Shown here: piece after piece, positions 39,460-47,609 of the stretch | Layout: each line of letters starts with the position of its first letter | Numbering within the stretch: the first letter of the stretch is position 1 | Notes under the pieces: generated by a model | What the model was told of the DNA's origin: nothing | What the model saw: the letters and a program-made list of their open reading frames with translations, nothing else | Databases searched by the model: none | Origin: Flavobacteriales bacterium | Lineage (GTDB): Bacteria > Bacteroidota > Bacteroidia > Flavobacteriales_F > PHOS-HE28 | Direction: 5' to 3' | Length of the DNA stretch: 64,000 bases | Assembly: GCA_016788635.1 (NCBI GenBank) | Contig: JAEUSU010000004.1 | Location: forward strand, 37,018 to 101,017 | Translations under genes and position numbers: made by a program

Positions 39460-42156
39460 ATGAGGATCCTCGACCTGAAAGCCATGCGCGGCCCGAACCA
39501 CTGGTCCGTGCGCCGCCACAACCTCATCATCATGCGGCTGGACATCGGTGAGTTGGAGGAGCGCCCCACCGACAAGATCCCCGGTTTCCTGGACCGCATG
39601 AAGGCCCTGATGCCCTCCCTGCACAGCCACCGCTGCAGCGAAGGGCACGCCGGCGGTTTTTACGAACGGGTGGAGCGTGGCACCTGGATGGGCCACGTGA
39701 TCGAGCATTTCGCTTTGGAGATCCAGACCCTGGCTGGCATGGAGACCGGTTTCGGGCGCACCCGCAGCACCAGCGAACGCGGTGTGTACAACGTGGTCTT
39801 CAGCTACATCGAGGAGCCCGTGGGCCTCTATGCGGCCAAGGCGGCGGTACGCATAGCCGAATCGCTCATCGAAGGCAGGGAGGTGGATCTGGCAGCGGAC
39901 CTCCAGGCCATGCGCGAACTGCGCGAGGACAGCCGCCTGGGCCCCAGCACCGGCAGCATCGTGCAGGAGGCCGCAGCGCGCGGCATTCCCTACTTGCGCC
40001 TCAACGGCCAGAGCCTCGTGCAACTGGGCCATGGCATACACCAGAAACGCATCCGCGCCACCATCACCAGCCGCACCAGCAACATCGGGGTGGAGATCGC
40101 CTGCGACAAGGAGGAGACCAAGCAGCTGTTGGAGAGTTACGAGATCCCCGTGCCCAAGGGCCGTGTGGTGCGCACCGAGGAAGGGCTCATGGACGCGCTC
40201 AGCGTGGTGGGTTTCCCCTGCGTCATCAAACCCATCGGCGGCAACCATGGGCGCGGCGCCACCATCGGCATCAAAACGAAGGATGAGGCCATTGCGGCCC
40301 TGGCCAAGGCCAAGGAGATCAGCCGCAGCGTGATCGTGGAGCGCTACATCACCGGCCTGGACCACCGCCTGCTCGTCATCGACCACCAGTTCGTGGCCGC
40401 CGCCAAGCGCACCCCCGCCTGCGTGATCGGCGATGGCAAGCGCAGCATCCGCGCGCTCGTGGAGGAGGTGAACACCGACCCCCGCCGTGGTTACGGCCAT
40501 GAAAAGGTCCTCACCCGCATTGACATTGACGACCATACGGAGAAGCTGCTCGCCCGCCGCGACATGACGCCCGACAGCGTGCCGCCGAAGGACGAGGTGG
40601 TGTACCTGAAGGCCACGGCCAACCTCAGCACCGGTGGCACCGCCACCGACGTCACGGAGGTCGTGCACCCCTACAACGTCTTCATGGCCGAGCGCATCTC
40701 GCGCATCATCGACCTGGACATCTGCGGCATCGACATCATGACCGATGACATCACGCAGCCGCTTACCGAGACCGGTGGTGCCGTGCTGGAGGTGAACGCC
40801 GCGCCCGGCTTCCGCATGCACCTGGAGCCCACCGAGGGCATCGGGCGCAACGTGGCCGAACCCGTGGTGGACATGCTCTTCCCGCCCGGCGCGCCCAGCC
40901 GCATCCCCATCATCGCCGTCACCGGCACCAACGGAAAGACGACCACCACGCGCCTCACCGCGCACATCATGCGCAGCGTCAACTTCAAGGTGGGCATGAC
41001 CTGCAGTGATGGTGTGTACATCATGAACCGCATGCTGATGAAGGGCGACTGCACCGGCCCGGCCAGCGCGCAGTTCGTGCTGAAGGACCCGCTTGTGGAC
41101 ATGGCCGTGCTGGAGACCGCACGCGGCGGCATGCTGCGCAGTGGCCTCGGCTTCGAGCATTGCGACGTGGGCATCTGCACCAACGTGGCCGCCGACCACC
41201 TCGGCCTCAAGGACATCAACACCCTGGAGGAACTTGCACATGTGAAGAGCACCGTGCCCCGCAGCGTGCGCAAGGACGGCTACGCCATCCTCAACGCCGA
41301 CGATGACCTGGTTATGGCCATGCGCAAACAGTGCGATTGCAGGATCGCCCTTTTCAGCCTCGACGAGAACAACCGCCTCATCCGCCAGCACTGCAAGCTC
41401 GGCGGCCTCGCGGCCATCTATGAGAATGGCTTCATCACCATCAGCAAGGGCGAGTGGAAGCTGCGCATCGAGAAGGCGGTGAACGTGCCGCTCACTTACG
41501 GAGGCAAAGCGGTTTTCAATATCCAGAACATCCTGCCCGCCGTGCTGGCCGCCTACACCCAGGGTGTGAAGATCGAGGAGCTCCGCCAGGCGCTGATGAC
41601 CTTCGTGCCCTCACCGGCGCAAACGCCCGGCCGCCTCAACCTCTTCCAGTTCCGCAACTTCCAGGTGGTGGTGGACTATGCCCACAACCCGCATGGCTTC
41701 GAGGCCTTGGGCCGTTTCCTCAGCAAGGTTCCCGACACACCCAAGATCGGCGTCATCGCCGGCGTGGGCGACCGCCGCGACGAGGACACCGTGAACCTCG
41801 GCAAGCTCAGTGCCCGCATGTTCGACGAGATCATCATCCGCCAGGATCGCAACCTGCGCGGCAAGACCGACGACGAGATCATCGCGCTGCTGGTGAAGGG
41901 CATCCAGGAGGTGGACCCCAACAAGCCCTTCAAGATCATGAAGAAGGAGGACGAGGCCATCCGCCACGCCATCGGCACCGCGCCGAAAGGTGCCTTTGTG
42001 GTGCTCTGCAGCGATGTGGTGCCCGATGCCTTGGCGCTTGTCCTGAAGTTGAAGGAGGAGGATGAGCAGGTCAGCTTCAACAAGGAGGATATCCCGAATA
42101 GGAATAAGGAGTTGGTGGGAAGGGCAGAAGTGCCGGTGGAAGGGCATGGGCAGTGA
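39460..42156 (+). CDS. cphA: Cyanophycin synthetase
   Basis: N-terminal cyanophycin-synthetase domain (MRILDLKAMRGPNHWS...), central ATP-grasp, C-terminal Mur-ligase-like domain (VTGTNGKTTTT). Start at ATG 39460. Confidence 0.9.
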   Translation: MRILDLKAMRGPNHWSVRRHNLIIMRLDIGELEERPTDKIPGFLDRMKALMPSLHSHRCSEGHAGGFYERVERGTWMGHVIEHFALEIQTLAGMETGFGRTRSTSERGVYNVVFSYIEEPVGLYAAKAAVRIAESLIEGREVDLAADLQAMRELREDSRLGPSTGSIVQEAAARGIPYLRLNGQSLVQLGHGIHQKRIRATITSRTSNIGVEIACDKEETKQLLESYEIPVPKGRVVRTEEGLMDALSVVGFPCVIKPIGGNHGRGATIGIKTKDEAIAALAKAKEISRSVIVERYITGLDHRLLVIDHQFVAAAKRTPACVIGDGKRSIRALVEEVNTDPRRGYGHEKVLTRIDIDDHTEKLLARRDMTPDSVPPKDEVVYLKATANLSTGGTATDVTEVVHPYNVFMAERISRIIDLDICGIDIMTDDITQPLTETGGAVLEVNAAPGFRMHLEPTEGIGRNVAEPVVDMLFPPGAPSRIPIIAVTGTNGKTTTTRLTAHIMRSVNFKVGMTCSDGVYIMNRMLMKGDCTGPASAQFVLKDPLVDMAVLETARGGMLRSGLGFEHCDVGICTNVAADHLGLKDINTLEELAHVKSTVPRSVRKDGYAILNADDDLVMAMRKQCDCRIALFSLDENNRLIRQHCKLGGLAAIYENGFITISKGEWKLRIEKAVNVPLTYGGKAVFNIQNILPAVLAAYTQGVKIEELRQALMTFVPSPAQTPGRLNLFQFRNFQVVVDYAHNPHGFEALGRFLSKVPDTPKIGVIAGVGDRRDEDTVNLGKLSARMFDEIIIRQDRNLRGKTDDEIIALLVKGIQEVDPNKPFKIMKKEDEAIRHAIGTAPKGAFVVLCSDVVPDALALVLKLKEEDEQVSFNKEDIPNRNKELVGRAEVPVEGHGQ

Positions 42157-42197
42157 CCGCATGCTGACCAGTGGTCGAGGCATGCCATGCAGCTTTA

Positions 42198-43055
42198 TCA
42201 GCGTGCGCTACCCATCCACCGGAACCCATCCATCACGGCTTGGTGCATGATGGTCGCATGGTCGAGTTGCGGCAGGTAGCCGAAACCCACACGGATGCGC
42301 TCGTCCTTCCGGAGCATGGCGACAAGGCGACGCGCCTGGCCTTCCATCACGGAACCTTCCCGGCCCACTGCGATGTAGACATGGCTGGGCACCGTGTCGG
42401 AATTCAGGGTGCCTGTGGGATGTCCTTTCAGCAAGGAGCCATTATCCCACCACAGGCTGGGGCTGATGATCAAATAGCGGGTGAATAGCCTGGGCTGTGT
42501 GAACATTGCTTCAATTGCAAGGAGCCCACCGAGCGATTGACCAATGAGCATACGCTCGCCGTCGGTATGGTACATGGAATCGATGTACGGCATCAGTTCA
42601 TCGGACAGAAAATGAAGAAAGGCTGCGGATCCACCGGTGGTGGGGTAGTCTGCCTTGTCCTTGGCTATGGAGGTGGGATAGGTGAAGTCGCGCTTGCGGT
42701 CCACATTCGCGATGCCCACCACGATGCTGGGCGGAAGCCAGCCCACCCACGGCATACTGGCGAACTGCACCAGGCCACCCAGGTGGAAGATGTCCTCGTC
42801 AGCAGCGCCATCGAGCACATAGATCACAGGGTAGCGTGCCGCACTGTCAGGCGAATACCCATCGGGCATCAGAATGTTCAACTTGCGGTCCTCGGCGAGT
42901 ATGGCGGAATGGAGCGTACGCGTCTCACCCCACACGAAGGGGACCGATGCAGGATCCTGTGCAGAAAGCGAGATCGTCAGCAGGGCAGGCAAGAATGGCG
43001 CGCACCACCAGCTTGGATCTTGGAAGGAGTTGATCACAGTAGCTGGGTTCCGCAA
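42198..43055 (-). CDS. Alpha/beta-hydrolase 'putative esterase' family protein
   Basis: GQSLGG nucleophile elbow and esterase-family length; convergent with cphA. Confidence 0.65.
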   Translation of the reverse strand: MRNPATVINSFQDPSWWCAPFLPALLTISLSAQDPASVPFVWGETRTLHSAILAEDRKLNILMPDGYSPDSAARYPVIYVLDGAADEDIFHLGGLVQFASMPWVGWLPPSIVVGIANVDRKRDFTYPTSIAKDKADYPTTGGSAAFLHFLSDELMPYIDSMYHTDGERMLIGQSLGGLLAIEAMFTQPRLFTRYLIISPSLWWDNGSLLKGHPTGTLNSDTVPSHVYIAVGREGSVMEGQARRLVAMLRKDERIRVGFGYLPQLDHATIMHQAVMDGFRWMGSAR

Positions 43056-43092
43056 GCGCTTGATCCTGTTCGCTCCGCAAAATGAAGAAGGA

Positions 43093-43872
43093 TCACTCCC
43101 CCGTGTACACCGGCTTCCGCTTCTCCAGGAACGCCTGCACCCCCTCGTTGTAATCGTGGCTGCGGCCGGCGAGGGTTTGCAGCTCGTTCTCGTGGTCCAA
43201 CTGGGTATCGAGGCTTGTGTTCTGCGCGCGGTTCAACGCCTCCTTGGTGAGGGCGATCGCCTTGGTGGGCATGGTGGCCAGCTTCTTCGCGAGGGCGGTG
43301 GCCTCGTTCATTAGTTCAGCGTCGGGCACGGCCTTCCAGATCATGCCTTGGGCCTCGGCTTCCTTGGCGCTCACCTTCGGGGCCAGGATCATTTGGCCGA
43401 AGGCGCATTGCATGCCTACCAAGCGCGGCAGGGTGTAGGTGCCGCCACTGTCGGGGATCAGGCCGATGTGGATGAAGCTCTGGATGAAGTTGGCGCTCTC
43501 GGCCGCCAGCGTGAGGTCGCAGGCGTAGGCGATGTTGGCCCCGGCCCCGGCCGCCACGCCGTTCACCGCGCACACCACCGGCTTGGGCAGGTTGCGGATG
43601 CGCCGCACGATGGGGTTGTACTGCTTCGTCAGGATCTCCTCGATCTGGGAGCCCGGCGCGATGGCCTCAGCCAGGTCCTGTCCGGCGCTGAAGGCCCGCC
43701 CTTCGCCGGTGAACAGCAAGGCCCGCACGCTGGTGTCGTTCTTCGCCTTGTCCAGCGCATCGATCACTTCCAATGACATCTCGCGGTCGAAGCTGTTCAG
43801 CTTGTCCGGACGGTTCAGGGAAAGGGTGGCCACGCCATCGACGATGGTGAAGAGGATCTTGGTGTAGGGCAT
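43093..43872 (-). CDS. paaG: Enoyl-CoA hydratase/isomerase (crotonase fold); likely PaaG-type isomerase of the phenylacetate pathway
   Basis: Crotonase motifs (FTGEGRAFSAGQDL, NGVAAGAGANIAYACD) and co-orientation at the distal end of the paaABC(D) cluster. Confidence 0.75.
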   Translation of the reverse strand: MPYTKILFTIVDGVATLSLNRPDKLNSFDREMSLEVIDALDKAKNDTSVRALLFTGEGRAFSAGQDLAEAIAPGSQIEEILTKQYNPIVRRIRNLPKPVVCAVNGVAAGAGANIAYACDLTLAAESANFIQSFIHIGLIPDSGGTYTLPRLVGMQCAFGQMILAPKVSAKEAEAQGMIWKAVPDAELMNEATALAKKLATMPTKAIALTKEALNRAQNTSLDTQLDHENELQTLAGRSHDYNEGVQAFLEKRKPVYTGE

Positions 43873-43876
43873 GGGG

Positions 43877-44092
43877 TCAAAGTTCTGTCTTGTCGATACC
43901 GGCTTGCCGAAGGATGCCTATCAGTGTGCCTTTCGGAAGGTCGCCCCTGTGCATGGGTACTACTGTCATTTTGCCGTTCGAACGGTTCTTGAAGATCCGG
44001 TGGGAGCCCTTGGCGCGGACGTACTCAAAGCCGTGTGCCTCCAAGACACGGATCAACTCGGCGGCTGTCATCGTGGGCGACTTCGCCATCAC
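43877..44092 (-). CDS. hicA: HicA-family mRNA-interferase toxin
   Basis: 71 aa; AAELIRVLEAHGFEYVRAKGSHRIF...TVVPMH..DLPKGTLIGILRQAGI matches the YcfA/HicA consensus. Confidence 0.8.
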   Translation of the reverse strand: MMAKSPTMTAAELIRVLEAHGFEYVRAKGSHRIFKNRSNGKMTVVPMHRGDLPKGTLIGILRQAGIDKTEL

Positions 44093-44316
44093 GAAGCGAG
44101 CACAAGGGAATACTCGAAAGTCTTGCTGTCATCCGGGACCGGATCGCCCTCGGCTTCCAAGGTCTCCACGTACAGTTCGATGGCTTCCTTCGCCATGGCC
44201 AGCGCATGGTCGATGTTCTCGCCGTAGGTGATGCATCCCGGAAGCGCCGGGACCATCACAGTAAATCCGCCTTCAGGTTCCTGAGTGAGCAGGATGCGAT
44301 AGGTGCGTTGGGACAT
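44089..44316 (-). CDS. hicB: HicB-family antitoxin
   Basis: 75 aa; RILLTQEPEGGFTVMVPALPGCITYGENIDHALAMAKEAIELYVE (UPF0150/HicB fold); 4-bp overlap with hicA. Start at ATG 44316. Confidence 0.75.
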   Translation of the reverse strand: MSQRTYRILLTQEPEGGFTVMVPALPGCITYGENIDHALAMAKEAIELYVETLEAEGDPVPDDSKTFEYSLVLAS

Positions 44317-44335
44317 GGTTGCAAGATACTGAGCC

Positions 44336-44827
44336 TCACAAGCACTTGAACTGATCGAATGGCTCCAGGCAATCCTGGCACTTCCATAGCGCCTTGCAGG
44401 CCGTGCTGCCGAAGAGTGATAGCAGCACCGTGTTCGTGGAACCGCACTGCGGACAGGCCACCACCGGTTGCTCGCCTTTGAGCGCACGGATATCAGCGGT
44501 CTTCTCCGGCGGGGCGATGCCGTATTGCTTCAGCTTGCGTTTGCCCTCGTCGGTGATCCAATCGGTGGTCCAGGCAGGGGAGAGGCTCAGCCTCACTTCC
44601 ACCGCGGGCACGCCGGCCTCCAGCAGTTCCTTCTTGATGTCGGCCGCCATCACGTCCATGGCCGGGCAGCCGGTGTAGGTGGGGGTGATGGTGACGATGG
44701 CCTTGCCGCTCTCCTCCACCTCCACGCCGCGCACCACGCCAAGCTCCAGCACGTTGATGGCCGGGATCTCCGGGTCCTTAACGTAGTCGAGGAGCTCGAG
44801 AATGCGGTGTTTGGTGGGGGTGGGCAT
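44336..44827 (-). CDS. paaD: Phenylacetate-CoA oxygenase subunit PaaD
   Basis: DUF59/MIP18-like domain (PEIPAINVLELGVVRGVEV…ITPTYTGCPAMD) plus C-terminal Cys-rich finger (CPQCGS…CQDC). Confidence 0.8.
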   Translation of the reverse strand: MPTPTKHRILELLDYVKDPEIPAINVLELGVVRGVEVEESGKAIVTITPTYTGCPAMDVMAADIKKELLEAGVPAVEVRLSLSPAWTTDWITDEGKRKLKQYGIAPPEKTADIRALKGEQPVVACPQCGSTNTVLLSLFGSTACKALWKCQDCLEPFDQFKCL

Positions 44828-44869
44828 CTCGTGGGGTAAGCGAACATAGAGGCCAATGCGCCAACCAGC

Positions 44870-45238
44870 TTAGTAGTCCTCCATCGTTGATTGAAATTCT
44901 GTGGAGCTCAACACCTCGGTCACGCGATTTCCACCTTCCACATAGTTCTCGCGTGATCGGATCGTATCCCCGTTCGCGAGTATCGCTGTCAGGCCGTAGG
45001 TATTCTCACCCGGACTGAGAAACGAGGTGGATGCCTGTCCGTTCGCTTCAATAGGGCCGAAGGACTCCTTCCCACGTTCGTGCGATAAGATCAAGGTGGA
45101 GATGATTTGGTCATTCCGATTGACCACTTTGATGCAGACGTGCTCCAGGGATCGTGGGCACTCAGCGTATGGAGACGAACAACCGACGAATACGGTGCAA
45201 AGCGCAATTACCGTTAGGAGTCTTGTCAATCGCTCCAT
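44870..45238 (-). CDS. Small hypothetical lipoprotein (122 aa), low-GC insert within the paa operon
   Basis: Lipobox TVFVGCSS; GC content (~50%) clearly lower than flanking paa genes (~65%). Confidence 0.5.
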   Translation of the reverse strand: MERLTRLLTVIALCTVFVGCSSPYAECPRSLEHVCIKVVNRNDQIISTLILSHERGKESFGPIEANGQASTSFLSPGENTYGLTAILANGDTIRSRENYVEGGNRVTEVLSSTEFQSTMEDY

Positions 45239-45256
45239 GGATGGATCCGCGTTGCG

Positions 45257-46039
45257 TTACCATTCCACCCCCGGAAACGCCCGTGTCACATGCTGCATCT
45301 CCGCCAGGATGAAACCCATGTGCTCGCTGTGCAGGCCCTTGCGGCCGCCTGTCATCATGAAGGCATCAGCGGGGCGCTTCAACGTGGCTTCGGAAAGCAC
45401 CTGGTCCATGGTCTTGCTCCAGGCTTCCCTGATGGCGGCGATGTCCGGTGCGATGCCCGCCTTGGTCATCTCCTCCAGAACAGCATCGCTCTCGAAGAGC
45501 TCGCCAGTGTATGTCCACAGGTTGTCGAGGGCGGCTTGGGCACGTTGGTGGCTCTCCTCGGTGCCATCGCCGAAGCGGATCAGCCATTCGCTGCTGTGGC
45601 GCAAGTGGTAGGTGGCCTCCTTCACGCTCTTGCCCGCGATGGCGGCCAGTTGTGCATCGCTGCTCTTGGTCAGGGCCTGCATCAGCGGCAGGTGGTAGGC
45701 ATCGAAGAGGAAGCTGCGCACGATGGTGTGGGCGTAGTCGCCGTTGGGCTGCTCCACTAGTTTCACGTTGGTGAACTGCCGCTCCAAGCGCAGGTAGGCC
45801 AGGTCGTCCTCGGAACGCGGGCCCGCCGTAGCCTTGGCGGAGGCGGGGCCTTTCCCTTCCACCTGCCCGGCATAGGTGAGCAGGTTGCGGGCCTCGCCAA
45901 GGTGGTCCAGCGCGCGGTTGGTGAGGGCGATGTCCTCCTCCAGCACGGGGCCGTGGCCGCACCATTCACCCAGGCGTTGGCTCAGGATGAGGAGGTCGTC
46001 CGCCAACCGCAGTGTGTATGTAAAAAGTGCGTTGCTCAT
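45257..46039 (-). CDS. paaC: Phenylacetate-CoA oxygenase subunit PaaC
   Basis: PaaC/PaaI collinearity (MSNALFTYTLRLADDLLILSQRLGEWCGHGP…). Start at ATG 46039. Confidence 0.85.
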   Translation of the reverse strand: MSNALFTYTLRLADDLLILSQRLGEWCGHGPVLEEDIALTNRALDHLGEARNLLTYAGQVEGKGPASAKATAGPRSEDDLAYLRLERQFTNVKLVEQPNGDYAHTIVRSFLFDAYHLPLMQALTKSSDAQLAAIAGKSVKEATYHLRHSSEWLIRFGDGTEESHQRAQAALDNLWTYTGELFESDAVLEEMTKAGIAPDIAAIREAWSKTMDQVLSEATLKRPADAFMMTGGRKGLHSEHMGFILAEMQHVTRAFPGVEW

Positions 46040-46049
46040 TTCAAGCGCA

Positions 46050-46122
46050 GGTTGGGGGTTGGAGGTTGGTGGGTTGGGGGTTGAGGGCCAACCCTCAACC
46101 ATCGTCAACCTTCAACCATCAA
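46050..46122. repeat. Intergenic heptamer tandem repeat (GGTTGGR x5) immediately followed by its inverted copy (CCAACCY x~4), forming a ~73-bp imperfect palindrome between paaB and paaC
   Basis: Read directly: GTTGGGGGTTGGAGGTTGGTGGGTTGGGGGTTGAGGG-CCAA-CCCTCAACCATCGTCAACCTTCAACCATCAA; central perfect 8-bp stem GTTGAGGG/CCCTCAAC. Confidence 0.7.
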
Positions 46123-46125
46123 TGA

Positions 46126-46419
46126 TCAGATGTATTTCGCCCCCTCAGGCATGGTGTAGAACGTTGGGTGCCTGTAGACCTTGTCATCCGCTGGGTCGTA
46201 GAAGCTCTCCGCGTCCTCGGGGCGGCTGGCGTGGATATGCTCGGCCTTTACCACCCAGATGCTGTTGCCTTCCTGGCGGCGGGTGTACACATCACGGGCG
46301 TTCTCGATGGCCATCTCGGCATCGGCGGCGTGCAGGCTGCCCACGTGCTTGTGGTCGAGCCCGCGCTTGCTCTGGATGAACACTTCCCAGAGGGGCCAGT
46401 TGTTGGGGTTGTCGCTCAT
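46126..46419 (-). CDS. paaB: Phenylacetate-CoA oxygenase subunit PaaB
   Basis: 97 aa; conserved PaaB sequence (WPLWEVFIQSKRGL…HVGSLHAAD…). Confidence 0.9.
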   Translation of the reverse strand: MSDNPNNWPLWEVFIQSKRGLDHKHVGSLHAADAEMAIENARDVYTRRQEGNSIWVVKAEHIHASRPEDAESFYDPADDKVYRHPTFYTMPEGAKYI

Positions 46420-46427
46420 TTTCTATT

Positions 46428-46500
46428 GAGTAACGAGTGGCGAGTGTTGAATGTCGAGTGGTGCTGCCGGGGCAGCTCCGCCACTCGTTACTCGCCACTC
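46428..46500. repeat. Intergenic overlapping inverted repeats (15-bp and 12-bp perfect arms plus an inner GCTGCC..GGCAGC hairpin) between paaA and paaB
   Basis: GAGTAACGAGTGGCG (46428-46442) pairs with CGCCACTCGTTACTC (46480-46494); GAGTGGCGAGTG (46435-46446) pairs with CACTCGCCACTC (46489-46500). The two pairings are mutually exclusive. Confidence 0.7.
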
Positions 46501-46504
46501 CGTA

Positions 46505-47455
46505 TCATGCTGCTTGCTTGCGTTTCGCCTTCTTGGCGGCGTAGGCCACGGCTGCTTCGCGCACCCAGGCGCCATTGTTATGCGCCTTGTTGCGTGCTGC
46601 GAGCCGTTCCTTGTTGCAGGGGCCATTGCCGGCCACCACATTGTTGAACTCGGTCCAGTCGATGGTGCCCCAGTCGTAGTGCTTGGTCTCCGCGTTCCAC
46701 TTCAGGTCGGGATCGGGGATCGTGAGGCCGATCACTTCGGCCTGCTGCACGGTGCGGTCGATGAAGGTCTGGCGCAGTTCATCATTGCTCTGGCGCTTGA
46801 TCTTCCACTTCATGCTCTGTGCGCTGTGCGGGCTGTTGGCGTCTGTGGGGCCGAACATCATCAAGCTGGGCCACCACCAGCGGTTCAGGGCGTCCTGCGC
46901 CATTTCCTTCTGCGCGGGACTTCCCTTTGCCAGCACGGCCATGATCTCGTAACCCTGTCGCTGGTGGAAGCTCTCCTCCTTGCAGATGCGCACCATGGCG
47001 CGGGCGTAAGGGCCATAGCTGGTGCGGCACAGCATCACCTGGTTCATGATGGCGGCACCGTCCACCAACCATCCGATGGCACCGATATCCGCCCAGGTGA
47101 GGGTGGGGTAGTTGAAGATGCTGCTGTACTTGGCCTTGCCGCTCAACAGGTCGTCGATGGTCTGTTCCCGGCTGGTGCCCATGGTCTCCACTGCGCTGTA
47201 GAGGTAGAGTCCGTGCCCGGCCTCATCCTGCACTTTGGCCAGCAGGATGGCCTTTCGTTTCAAGCTGGGCGCACGGGTGATCCAGTTGCCCTCGGGCAGC
47301 ATGCCCACCACTTCGCTGTGCGCGTGCTGGCTGATCTGGCGCACCAAGGTCCTGCGGTAGGCGTCCGGCATCCAGTCCTTCGGCTCGATCTTTAGTTCGG
47401 CGTCGATCTTGGCTTGGAAGAGCTCCTCCAGGTTCTTCACGTCGGTCATGGACAT
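46505..47455 (-). CDS. paaA: Phenylacetate-CoA oxygenase catalytic subunit PaaA
   Basis: Di-iron ferritin-like motifs ([10 protein letters not shown]…, EESFHQRQG) and PaaA length. Confidence 0.92.
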   Translation of the reverse strand: MSMTDVKNLEELFQAKIDAELKIEPKDWMPDAYRRTLVRQISQHAHSEVVGMLPEGNWITRAPSLKRKAILLAKVQDEAGHGLYLYSAVETMGTSREQTIDDLLSGKAKYSSIFNYPTLTWADIGAIGWLVDGAAIMNQVMLCRTSYGPYARAMVRICKEESFHQRQGYEIMAVLAKGSPAQKEMAQDALNRWWWPSLMMFGPTDANSPHSAQSMKWKIKRQSNDELRQTFIDRTVQQAEVIGLTIPDPDLKWNAETKHYDWGTIDWTEFNNVVAGNGPCNKERLAARNKAHNNGAWVREAAVAYAAKKAKRKQAA

Positions 47456-47609
47456 GGCGGCTTTTGTCGGTTGGCTAAGGTAGGGTGGACGCGCATTGCA
47501 GGACTGATGCCTGTCATTCCAGGAACAAGCAGGCCATTCGGGTGTTCGCCGTTGGAGCCGGGTACCGAGGCCCTCCTACGGTCGATGGTGCCTATTTTCG
47601 CCACCCCCG

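Noticed and set aside
39370-41391. 673-aa minus-strand ORF antisense to cphA
   Set aside because: cphA (+) carries ATP-grasp and Mur-ligase motifs. The antisense translation is low-complexity (A/G/H/V-rich) with no start context.
42198-43055. Convergent neighbour of cphA as a cyanophycinase (cphB)
   Set aside because: It has a GQSLGG esterase-family nucleophile elbow and alpha/beta-hydrolase organisation, not the S51 peptidase (GxSAG-type) fold of CphB.
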